Shown: piece by piece, positions 24,017-33,403 of the stretch
Layout: each line of letters starts with the position of its first letter
Numbering within the stretch: position 1 is the stretch's first letter
Origin: Rebecca billardiae RCC1528
Taxonomy: Eukaryota; Protista; Haptophyta
DNA length: 64,000 nt
Assembly: GCA_965240325.2 (NCBI GenBank)
Contig: OZ251227.1
Span: forward strand, 2,852,001 to 2,916,000
Direction of reading: 5' to 3'
Notes under the pieces: generated by a model
Told to the model about the DNA's origin: nothing
The model's database searches: none
What the model saw: only the letters and a program-made list of their open reading frames with translations
Program-made: the position numbers and the translations under genes

Positions 24017-25195
24017 TCATAATTCGATCCACGGTGGCACCAACGACGCGGCTGGACGATCTCTGAGCGCTGCCAACTGGGCTAGCGCCTCGGCGCGCAG
24101 CACGGCCGGGATGACGTGCGCGAGCCACACGTCTTCGATCTCGGACGTGTCGCTGCGCCCAAGCTGACGAGCTAGCGCGACGCCGACCAGGAGCAGCTGC
24201 ACGGCGCGCGCGCGCGTGCTCGTGCGCATCAGCCTGTGCGAGTGCGGGCTCCACGGGACGCCGTGCTGCACGATGGCGCGCGCGCGCTCGTCAGGGACGG
24301 CTTCCAGGGCGAGGCTGAGCGGCGTCGGCGCGTCGGGGGCGCCATCGCTCGCGCGCGGGTCCGCGCCGTCGGCGAGCAGCTCGAGGACCGAGTCCAGCGC
24401 CAGCAGCGAGAAGTGGTGCAGGGGACTCACCCAGCGGCGCGTCTGCTCGACCCACTGCACCAGCTCGGCCGGCCTGCGCGCGTCAGGGCCGGCGCGGGCA
24501 AGCGCGCCGCGGTCTGCGCCGTGCGCGCACAGCTGCTGCGCCACGTGCAGCCGTCGCGTGTGGCACAGCGGCGCGCCCGCCGCGCCCTGCTGGTTTGGGT
24601 CTGCCCTCGCACGAAGCAGGGCGACTGTCAGCCCGACGTGGTTGAGCGCGCTCGTGATGATGAGCGGCGTCATGTGATCGGCATGGCGGGCAAGCGATGG
24701 GTCGGCGCGGGCGGCGAGGAGCACGCGCACGAGGCGCTCGTCCGCATGGGCGCACGCATCGCACAGCGGCGTCCAGCCGTCGTGCAGCCGCTGGTTGGCG
24801 TCGGCACGCGCGTGGACGAGCTCGAGCGCGCACTCCGGCTGGCGCGCGCGGATGCTGGCGATCAGCGCGGTCCAGCCCTGCGAGTCGTGCGCGTCCACGG
24901 CCGCGTTGGCGCGCAGCAGCGCGCAGACGCACTCGACACTGCCTGCCGTCGCCGCACACATGAGCGGGCTGAAGCCGTCATGCCGCGCATGCGCGGCCGA
25001 AGCTCCGTGCCTGAGGAGCGCGCGCGCGGCGTCCGCCCATCCATTCTCGCACGCGCACATGAGCGCGGTCGTGCCGTCGGGTAGCTCGGACTCGACGTCA
25101 GCGCCGGCGGCGAGCACGAGCTCCAGCCCTGTCGCATGCCCGAACTGTGCCAGGTAGTGTATCGTGGTGGAGAGGCCGAGGACCATGGCTGCCAA
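24017..25195 (-). CDS. Ankyrin-repeat protein; the original ATG is probably at 26848, separated by a transposon; downstream ATG at 25186
   Basis: GTTALMCAC, GFSPLMCAA, GWTALIAS, GWTPLCDAC, MTPLIITS repeats. Confidence 0.85.
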   Translation of the reverse strand: MAAMVLGLSTTIHYLAQFGHATGLELVLAAGADVESELPDGTTALMCACENGWADAARALLRHGASAAHARHDGFSPLMCAATAGSVECVCALLRANAAVDAHDSQGWTALIASIRARQPECALELVHARADANQRLHDGWTPLCDACAHADERLVRVLLAARADPSLARHADHMTPLIITSALNHVGLTVALLRARADPNQQGAAGAPLCHTRRLHVAQQLCAHGADRGALARAGPDARRPAELVQWVEQTRRWVSPLHHFSLLALDSVLELLADGADPRASDGAPDAPTPLSLALEAVPDERARAIVQHGVPWSPHSHRLMRTSTRARAVQLLLVGVALARQLGRSDTSEIEDVWLAHVIPAVLRAEALAQLAALRDRPAASLVPPWIEL

Positions 25196-25216
25196 GGAGA
25201 GCCCGCCTTCGCCACA

Positions 25217-26833
25217 GGCTTATCCCACAAACCCACGGGCGGCGCCCCCAGCCGGGCAGCGACACGATGGCGGCCACGCGCGGCGCGCTCGTTCGCTCAC
25301 ATACGGCCGCTGCGGGTGCGCGCGCGCTGCGGGCGCGGGTCAGGACACCTACCGGCCTCATTCGCGCGCGCTCCCGCCCTCCCTCACCGCCCTCGCCGCG
25401 CGCAGGCACCATCTGCTTTGCGTGCAACGCATCACGCCCGCCCGCCCGCCGCGCCGCAACGCGCGCACGCGCGCGCAGGAGGGCTTTTAAGGGCGAGTTC
25501 TCGCGTCTGCCTGGTGCGCATGTGTTTGGCGTGGATGCGCAACGCCCGCTTGCTGGCGTGCGCGGACGTGCTCGGCGGCAAACGCGGGTTCGGCACCTGC
25601 AACAGGCTCGTTCTCCCACCGGTGTCAAGGTATGGATGTTTCGAGCAAAACCGGCCAAAATGGCGGATTCCGTAGGCTGCGGGCTGGTCAGAGATTGACG
25701 ATGTCTGATTGCTGATTGATGCTGACTGCTGGGCGCACATGGTGAGACTAAGTACTATGCTGCTGCTGTCAGACTTCGCCGCCGCGGCATACGACTACAC
25801 ACACCGCCGTGTTTGTATACACGCATCGTCAGCAACCTGTCGCGCTCACCCGTCATCACTCAGCGTCAGAATCAGCTATACGTCAGACATCGTCAGCGAC
25901 CGCGCCGCCGACTCACGTCCGACGGTCCGTCGCTCGCCACCGTCAGGTCAAGATCCACCGCCGCGTCGTCGTCGCGTGCGCGTTCAGCCTGGCCGAGACG
26001 GCCGTCGTGCCAACAGCTGTCCTGAGCCGGCACCATAGAGCGCCCGCGCGTCTCCGTCTTGACCGAGCACTTCATCGCCGACGCGAGCGCAGACTCGGTC
26101 TTCGGCGCGTCGACGGTGGGTGCCGGCCTCGCCCATCGCCGCGGCTGCTGGTCCGGGGGTGCTATGATGACTGATCGAGCAGTCATCATAGCACTGCGTA
26201 GCGGGCGGGAGAGTTGACTCACGTGCTGACTTGTTTATCGCCATGCCGCGCGGCGCTGACCATAGACGCATCAGGCAGCGCGCGCGTGTGAACGACAGAT
26301 CCGCCTTCGCTGATCATCAGACCAGCTGAGTGCCAAGGAACAAGTTGGGCTGCCCGTGTCAGGTGAGCCGCGTCGACGCGTTGCATGGCGCAGCAGATGG
26401 CAACATTATCAACAAGGACAGGCACACGCGCAGCATCAGTGCCGCTTCCTCCGTGCACGATGCCGATGTGCGCTTGCGGCAATCGGCCCGGCCAAGCTGA
26501 CATTCGGCTCGCACAGCGCCGCTCTGACCGATGACGCGAAGCGAGCGCCCAAGGAGCAGGCTTGGCGGACGAAGAGATGACGCATGCGGTAGTGATCTGT
26601 CACTAGCGCGTGCGTGACGAGCGCGCGAGGTGCCAAGATGCGCGTTCAGCGCGCGCAACCGCGGCGCACGTCGCTTCCCGCGGGCTCACCGCCGGTCCCG
26701 GTCGGCAGAGCGCCCACCCCGCGCACGCGCGAACAGTATGAAAGAGCTCCCGGACCACAGCGATCTCATGAGATCGCTGTGGTCCGGGAGCTCTTTCAAG
26801 CCGAGCGCCTCCCGTGGGTTTGTGGGATAAGCC
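25217..26833. mobile_element. Non-autonomous TIR DNA transposon, 1617 bp, 3-bp TSD ACA (PIF/Harbinger-like by TSD length)
   Basis: 29-bp TIR GGCTTATCCCACAAACCCACGGG(C/A)GGCGC at 25217-25245 and 26805-26833, one mismatch; ACA at 25214-25216 and 26834-26836. Confidence 0.88.
26739..26798. repeat. Perfect 60-bp palindrome with no spacer
   Basis: TGAAAGAGCTCCCGGACCACAGCGATCTCA|TGAGATCGCTGTGGTCCGGGAGCTCTTTCA. Confidence 0.97.
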
Positions 26834-27224
26834 ACAGGGACGGTCCATCCACCACGGAACAAGGTGTTCTTTGGAAATGTTTTGATGGTCATTTCACTCC
26901 TTTGCCAAAGCTTACATTCGTCATCCGCAAGGGGTGATCTGACTCGCAGTACGCCTACAGTCAGAGTACAGTAAGCTACTCGTCGCCTCTACTTGTGAAT
27001 CCAGTCTCAGCCTGCAAGGCCAGAGCCTGACTGAGCCTCGACCGCCAAGCCAAACCAAGTGCGCACGCTATTGTTGCCTGGCAGCATCACCAGTGATAGT
27101 CATGCATCAACTCATCTGTCATCATGTCGCGTCTCATTGTCATCGGAGAACTCTAGTCTCTACTCGCCAGCGTCGTCGGAGTCCTGTCCATTCGGACACC
27201 GACACGCGAGCTAGTCCACCGAGC

Positions 27225-28154
27225 TTACCCTGCAGCGCGTTCGGCACGATTCGCCGTACTCCCCGCCGCCGCTTTCGAGCCGGACTCCGCCTCGCTGCTC
27301 GCCACCGCAGCCTGCGCCTGCTGCCTCTTCGCACTGCCGGGCACCTCGTACATGGCGCGCGCGTCCGTGGAGACAATCTCGTGGGCGGGCAGCACGAGCG
27401 CGCTCAGCTGCTTGCCATAGCAGCAGCCCGAGTCGAGGCCCGTGGCGTGCACCTCGCGCTGCAGGCCGCGCTTCGCGTCGTGCCCGAACACGATGTGCCC
27501 GAGCTCGCCCCCGTACACCTTCGCCCACGGCTCCGCGCCCTCCGCCCCCTTCTCCAGCCCCTCGAGCCCGCCGCCCTCGGCCGCTGGGCGCACGTTGCGC
27601 ATTTTGAAGAGGTCGAGCGGGCGCTGCTCTGAGAGGGGTCGGCCCGGCACGATGCCGGCGTGCACGACGAGCACGTTGAGCCACGGGAGCGAGAGCGAGT
27701 ACGGCAGGCCCTCCAGGTACGCGACGTCCTCCGGCGAGAGGTCGCGAGCATAGTCGTACGATGGCGGAGGCGCGCTGTCAGCCCACTTGCCCGTGCGGCG
27801 CAGGACGCTCAGCAGGGCGTCGTCGTGGTTGCCACGCACGCACGGCACCTGGCGCTCGCGGGCCCACCGCACGACCTGCACCGATTTCGGCCCCTTGTTC
27901 ACCAGGTCGCCCACGAGGACGAGCACGTCCTCGCCCTCGCGGTAGTTGAGCTTGGCGAGCAGGTCGCACAGCTCGTCAAAGCAGCCGTGCACGTCGCCAA
28001 CGACGATGGTGCGTGCCGCTCGGGGCGGGGCGGCGAGGACGACGTGCATGGGGGAGGGAAGCGGGACGCCATTGGGCGAGCGCGTCGCCCCCGAGAAGGC
28101 GCGCACCGCCCAGGGAAGCGCGACGAGGGCGGCGAACGCGGCGACCGCCATCAT
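27225..28154 (-). CDS. ApaH/PrpE-like metallophosphoesterase (bis(5'-nucleosyl)-tetraphosphatase family) with N-terminal targeting peptide
   Basis: GDVHGC, GDLVNKGP, RGNHD, VHAG, FGHDA, GLDSGC motifs. Confidence 0.92.
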   Translation of the reverse strand: MMAVAAFAALVALPWAVRAFSGATRSPNGVPLPSPMHVVLAAPPRAARTIVVGDVHGCFDELCDLLAKLNYREGEDVLVLVGDLVNKGPKSVQVVRWARERQVPCVRGNHDDALLSVLRRTGKWADSAPPPSYDYARDLSPEDVAYLEGLPYSLSLPWLNVLVVHAGIVPGRPLSEQRPLDLFKMRNVRPAAEGGGLEGLEKGAEGAEPWAKVYGGELGHIVFGHDAKRGLQREVHATGLDSGCCYGKQLSALVLPAHEIVSTDARAMYEVPGSAKRQQAQAAVASSEAESGSKAAAGSTANRAERAAG

Positions 28155-28202
28155 CGAAGAACCTGGTCGTCCGGACGAATTCGCCGCGAACCCGATGCTC
28201 CG

Positions 28203-29192
28203 CAGGGATGGGCACAAGCGATTCGCCGAATCGCCAATTCGCCGAATTCGCCGATTCGCGAATTCGCGAACGCTCGGCGCGTTCGCCGAAAGTGGCGAAA
28301 TGCCCCGATCCGGGCGTTATTGCCCTTGCCGGACTCAGTATCTTCCCGGCCGGCGCGACGGCCGGCGGCCGCCGATCGGCGCATGCGACCTGCGCGCCGC
28401 CGCGTGCGCGCCCGCCGCGCCGAGGCGAGCGGCGTACGACGCGAACTCGCCAAGCGGGCTGCCGAACCTGATGCGCTTGGCGCTTGCATGCCTCCGCAGT
28501 GGCGGCAGCAGCCAGTCGTCCAGCGCGGAGAGGGCGCGTCCCCGCTCGGCGCCGCTGCGTTGAACGGCGGCTGCGAGCAGCTCTGCCTTGCACGCGTCGG
28601 TGACGCTCAGGGTAACGTAGCGCATGCCCACTACGAGTGCGCCGACGTGCACTCTGACGAGGCCTCAGGCGAGCGGCGAGACGACTTCTGGCGCGGGCGT
28701 TGCGTGCACACTCCCGGCGTGCCGAGCAGCGTCAGAATAGCTGCGCGCCGGCATTGGTGGTGGGTCGGCGAGGCTGGTGTTCGCCGGGGGGCGCGGCAGA
28801 CTCGAGCACATTGCTTCATGGCACGCATGCAGTGAGACACGCCGCAAACTTAGCGAAGACTAAGGAGCTGGCGGCTGAGGTCCGTCGGTCAGCCAGAGTC
28901 ACGCCTCACAGTCCACACGGCGGTGCGTCCGGCGCGCAACGGTCTGACCCAAGCCGCACGCGTCCCAGAGCTCGTAGGCTGCACAGAGGCGCCATCGCTT
29001 GGGCATGGCCCCTGGTAGTATACGGGCTGTGCCACACGTCATACTGACACTCGTAGCCTCTTGTTGGGGTGATACATGGCGCAAAAATGTTCGATTCCCG
29101 GAAATTCGCCATATTCGGCGAATTTCGGCGAATTCGGCGAATTCGGCGAATTCGCGAACGCTGAGGCCATTCGGCGAATCCGCCCATCCCTG
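28203..29192. mobile_element. Non-autonomous hAT element, 990 bp
   Basis: TIR CAGGGATGGGC...GCCCATCCCTG; 8-bp TSD ATGCTCCG (28195-28202, 29193-29200); subterminal TTCGCCGAA/TTCGGCGAA repeats at both ends. Confidence 0.95.
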
Positions 29193-29299
29193 ATGCTCCG
29201 TGTCCAAGGAGCGTGCTGACAACAATCATCCTTGGGCCTCGCCCCGATTGTCACCACGGAGGCACCGCGCCGCGCGCACGCGTGGAGCATACTCGCGTG

Positions 29300-31114
29300 A
29301 TGGAGGACAGCGCTGAGGTGAAGCTCCTTCGGCGCGCATCTACGCGGGGTGATGCGCGCGCCGCGCTCCGTCTAGCCGAGCGCCTCGCGCTCGGGGACGG
29401 TGTCGCCAAGAATGAGCGCGAGGCGGCCAGGCTGTACCACGTTGCCGCCGAGCGCGGGGTGGCGGATGCTCAAGTCAAGGTTGGCGACATGTATCGAGAT
29501 GGGGCGATGTCTCTGGCCCGAGATCTCGGCAAGGCAGTGCACTGGTACCGGCTGGCCGCCAGGCAGGGCCACGCAGCAGCGCAGGGCTCTCTGGGCTCGT
29601 GCTTCGCGCAAGGCGAGGGCGTGGCGCAGGATGTGGCCGAGGCGGCACGCTGGTACCGGCTGGCGGCCGAGCAGGGCTTTGCAAACGCGCAGTACAGCCT
29701 CGGCGTGTGCTGCCAGAGGGGCGAGGGCGTGTCGCAGGATATGGCCGAGGCGGCGCGCTGGTTCCGGCTGGCGGCCGAGCAGGGCTTTGCAAGCGCGCAG
29801 TGCAACCTGGGCATGTGCTGCCAGAAGGGCGAGGGTGTGCCGCAGGATCTGGCCGAGGCGGTGCGCTGGTACCGGCTGGCGGCCGAGCAGGGCTACGCAG
29901 CCGCGCAGTGCAACCTGGGCTCATGCTGCCAGAATGGCGAGGGCGTGGCGCAGGATCTGGCCAAGGCGGTGCGCTGGTACCGGCTGGCGGCCGAGCAGGG
30001 CTTTGCAAGCGCGCAGAACAACCTGGGCGCTTGCTTCCAGAAGGGCGAGGGTGTGACGCATGACATGGCCGAGGCGGCGCGCTGGTACCGGCTTGCGGCC
30101 GAGCAGGGCTACGCAGCCGCGCAGTGCAACCTGGGCATGTACTGCGAGAAGGGCGAGGGTGTGCCGCAGGATATGGCCGAGGCCGCGCGCTGGTACCGGC
30201 TGGCGGCCGAGCAGGGCTGTGCAGACGCGCAATTCAACCTGGGTGTGTGCTGCCTGAAGGGCGAGGGCGTGCCGCAGGAACTGGCTGAGGCTGCGCGTTG
30301 GTACCGACTGGCGGCCGAGCAGGGCTACGCAGCCGCGCAGTACAACCTGGGTGTGTGCTGCCAGAAGGGCGAGGGCGTGCCGCAGGATATGACCGAGGCC
30401 GCACGCTGGTACCGGCTTGCGGCCGAGCAGGGCCTTGCAGACGCGCAGTGCACCCTGGGCTTTTGCTGCAAGGCGGGTGAGGGTGTGCCGCAGGAGATGG
30501 CCGAGGCGGCGCGCTGGTACCGGCTGGCGGCCGAGCAGGGCCACGCACTCGCGCAATTCAACCTGGGCTTGTGTTGCAAGGAGGGTGAGGGCGTGCCGCA
30601 GGATCTGGCCGAGGCGGTGCGCTGGTACCGGCTGGCGGCCGAGCAGGGCTACGCAGCCGCGCAGTGCAACCTGGGCATGTGTTGCAAGAAGGGCGAGGGT
30701 GTGTCGCAGGACCTGGCCGAGGCGGCGCGCTGGTACCGGCTGGCGGTGGACGCTGGGCACGCTCCGGCCTTCTTTGGGCTTGGGCAGCTGCTGGTGGCGG
30801 GCAAAGGCGTGCAGCGCGATGTGAAGGAGGGCGCAGCATTGCTGCGCCGTGCGTACGAGCTCGAGAGCTTGTGTGAGCCAAGTCTGGCGCTCCTCGCGTT
30901 GGCTGGGGAGCGCGAGGTGGTGTCGAAGTGCTGCATCATGTGTGCACAGACGGGTCCTGGCCTGAAGAAGTGCGACCGGTGTCACGTGGCTGTCTTCTGC
31001 TCGCACGACCACCTGCGGTGCGCGTGGAAGGCGCACAAGCCGCACTGTCGCGCGTGGCGCACGACCTCAATCGAGTCCTCGACCGCGGACGTCGTCGCGG
31101 ACGTCTCATCCTAA
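29300..31114 (+). CDS. Sel1-like repeat protein (14 repeats) with C-terminal MYND finger, copy 1
   Basis: 36-aa AQxNLGxCxxxGEGVxQDxAEAxRWYRLAAEQG units; CIMC..CDRC....FCS.DH...AW..HK..C. Confidence 0.93.
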   Translation: MEDSAEVKLLRRASTRGDARAALRLAERLALGDGVAKNEREAARLYHVAAERGVADAQVKVGDMYRDGAMSLARDLGKAVHWYRLAARQGHAAAQGSLGSCFAQGEGVAQDVAEAARWYRLAAEQGFANAQYSLGVCCQRGEGVSQDMAEAARWFRLAAEQGFASAQCNLGMCCQKGEGVPQDLAEAVRWYRLAAEQGYAAAQCNLGSCCQNGEGVAQDLAKAVRWYRLAAEQGFASAQNNLGACFQKGEGVTHDMAEAARWYRLAAEQGYAAAQCNLGMYCEKGEGVPQDMAEAARWYRLAAEQGCADAQFNLGVCCLKGEGVPQELAEAARWYRLAAEQGYAAAQYNLGVCCQKGEGVPQDMTEAARWYRLAAEQGLADAQCTLGFCCKAGEGVPQEMAEAARWYRLAAEQGHALAQFNLGLCCKEGEGVPQDLAEAVRWYRLAAEQGYAAAQCNLGMCCKKGEGVSQDLAEAARWYRLAVDAGHAPAFFGLGQLLVAGKGVQRDVKEGAALLRRAYELESLCEPSLALLALAGEREVVSKCCIMCAQTGPGLKKCDRCHVAVFCSHDHLRCAWKAHKPHCRAWRTTSIESSTADVVADVSS

Positions 31115-31567
31115 TTCGTCAGCACATGCCGCCGCAGCGCACGCCTCACGAGTCACCGCGACTGATGGCTGTAAGCTACTGCGTAGTGCGTACAGCACGG
31201 CGCGGCATCGGCCCGACTGACGGCGACGTGCGCGACGTCGGCGGTCGGACCCTCGGACGACGCCGATGATCGACGGCAGCATCAATGTTAATGTAGCTAC
31301 GTGCACGGGCATCCTCATCAGCATTCAGCATTGTAACGCGACTACTGTACATACCATACTACGACGACTGCTGTCATTCGAATGCGTATTCGGCCATGTC
31401 CGACGGTGGCGTTGCGTGATGAATACTACGAGCAGACGAATTCGGGTGATACTGAATTTCGGTCGCGGGAGTCCGGTGATCGTGTCCGGATGGCACCGAC
31501 CAACCGTCAACCCCGCGCTCGCCTCGCCGCAGCGCGCCGCCCGCCACGCGTGGAGCGCACTCGCGTG

Positions 31568-32950
31568 ATGGAGGACAGCGCTGAGGTGAAGCTCCTTCGG
31601 CGCGCATCTGCGTGGGGCGATGCGCGCGCCGCGCTCCGTCTAGCCGAGCACCTCGCGCTCGGGGACGGTGTCGCCAAGAATGAGCACGAGGCGGCCAGGC
31701 TCTACCACGTTGCCGCCGAGCGCGGGTTGGCGGATGCTCAAGTCCAGGTTGGCGCCATGTATCGAGATGGGGCGATGTTTCTGGCCCAGGATCTCGGCAA
31801 GGCAGTGCACTGGTACCGGCTGGCCGCCAGGCAGGGCCACGCAGCAGCGCAGTGCTCTCTGGGCTCGTGCTTCGCGCAAGGCGAGGGCGTGCCGCAGGAT
31901 CTGGCCGAGGCGGTGCGCTGGTACCGGCTGGCGGCCGAGCAGGGCTTTGCAAGCGCGCAGTGCAATCTGGGCGTTTGCTGCAAGAAGGGCGAGGGCGTGG
32001 CGCAGGACATGGCCGAGGCGGCGCGCTGGTACCGACTGGCGGCCGAGCAGGGCTACGCAGGTGCGCAGTACAACCTGGGTGTGTGCTGCGGGAAGGGCAA
32101 GGGTGTGCCGCAGGATATGACCGAGGCGGCGCGGTGGTACCGGCTGGCGGCCGAGCAGGGCCACGCACTCGCGCAATTCAACCTTGGCTTGTGTTGCAAG
32201 GAGGGTGAGGGCGTGCTGCAGGATCTGGCCGAGGCGGTGCGCTGGTACCGGCTGGCGGCCGAGCAGGGCTACGCAGCCGCGCAGTGCAACCTGGGCATGT
32301 GTTGCAAGAAGGGCGAGGGTGTGTCGCAGGACCTGGCCGAGGCGGCGCGCTGGTACCGGCTGGCGGCCGAGCAGGGCTGTGCAGACGCGCAATTCAACCT
32401 GGGCGTGTGTTGCAAGAAGGGTGAGGGCGTGGCGCAGGATCTGGCCGAGGCGGCGCGCTGGTACCGGCTGGCGGCCGAGCAGGGCCGTGCAAACGCGCAG
32501 TTCATTCTGGGCTGGTGCTGCCTGAATGGCGAGGGCGTGCCGCAGGATATGGCCGAGGCGGCGCGCTGGTACCGGCTGGCGGCCGAGCAGGGCTATGCTA
32601 AGGCCCACTTTGGGCTCGGGTGGCTGCTGGTGGCTGGCAAAGGAGTGCAGCGCGATGTGAAGGAGGGCGCAGCATTGCTGCGCCGTGCGTACGAGCTCGA
32701 GAGCTTGTGTGAGCCAAATGTGGCGCTCATCGCATTGGCTGGGGAGCGCGAGGTGGTGTCGAAGTGCTGCATCGTGTGTGCACAGACGGGTCGTGGTCTG
32801 AAGAAGTGCGACCGGTGTCACGTGGCTGTCTTTTGCTCGCACGACCACCTGCGGTGCGCGTGGAAGGCGCACAAGCCGCACTGTCGCGCGTGGCGCACGA
32901 CCTCAATCAAGTCCTCGACCGCGGACGTCGTCGCGGACGTCTCATCCTAA
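31568..32950 (+). CDS. Sel1-like repeat protein (10 repeats) with MYND finger, copy 2
   Basis: Paralog of copy 1, 144 aa (4 repeats) shorter. Confidence 0.93.
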   Translation: MEDSAEVKLLRRASAWGDARAALRLAEHLALGDGVAKNEHEAARLYHVAAERGLADAQVQVGAMYRDGAMFLAQDLGKAVHWYRLAARQGHAAAQCSLGSCFAQGEGVPQDLAEAVRWYRLAAEQGFASAQCNLGVCCKKGEGVAQDMAEAARWYRLAAEQGYAGAQYNLGVCCGKGKGVPQDMTEAARWYRLAAEQGHALAQFNLGLCCKEGEGVLQDLAEAVRWYRLAAEQGYAAAQCNLGMCCKKGEGVSQDLAEAARWYRLAAEQGCADAQFNLGVCCKKGEGVAQDLAEAARWYRLAAEQGRANAQFILGWCCLNGEGVPQDMAEAARWYRLAAEQGYAKAHFGLGWLLVAGKGVQRDVKEGAALLRRAYELESLCEPNVALIALAGEREVVSKCCIVCAQTGRGLKKCDRCHVAVFCSHDHLRCAWKAHKPHCRAWRTTSIKSSTADVVADVSS

Positions 32951-33403
32951 TTCGTCAGCACATGCCGCCGCAGCGCACGCCTCACGAGTCACCGCGACTG
33001 ATGGCTGTAAGCTACTGCGTAGTGCGTACCGCACGGCGCGGCATCGGCCCGACTGACGGCGACGTGCGCGACGTCGGCGGTCGGACCCTCGGACGACGCC
33101 GATGATCGACGGCAGCATCAATGTTAATGTAGCTACGTGCACGGGCATCCTCATCAGCATTCAGCATTGTAACGCGACTACTGTACATACCATACTACGA
33201 CGACTGCTGTCATTCGAATGCGTATTCGGCCATGTCCGACGGTGGCGTTGCGTGATGAATACTACGAGCAGACGAATTCGGGTGATACTGAATTTCGGTC
33301 GCGGGAGTCCGGTGATCGTGTCCGGATGGCACCGACCAACCGTCAACCCCGCGCTCGCCTCGCCGCAGCGCGCCGCCCGCCACGCGTGGAGCGCACTCGC
33401 GTG

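Noticed and set aside
31382-31567. MRIRPCPT... N-terminal extensions of Sel1 copies 2-4
   Set aside because: Absent from copy 1; shared homology supports the MEDSAEVK start.
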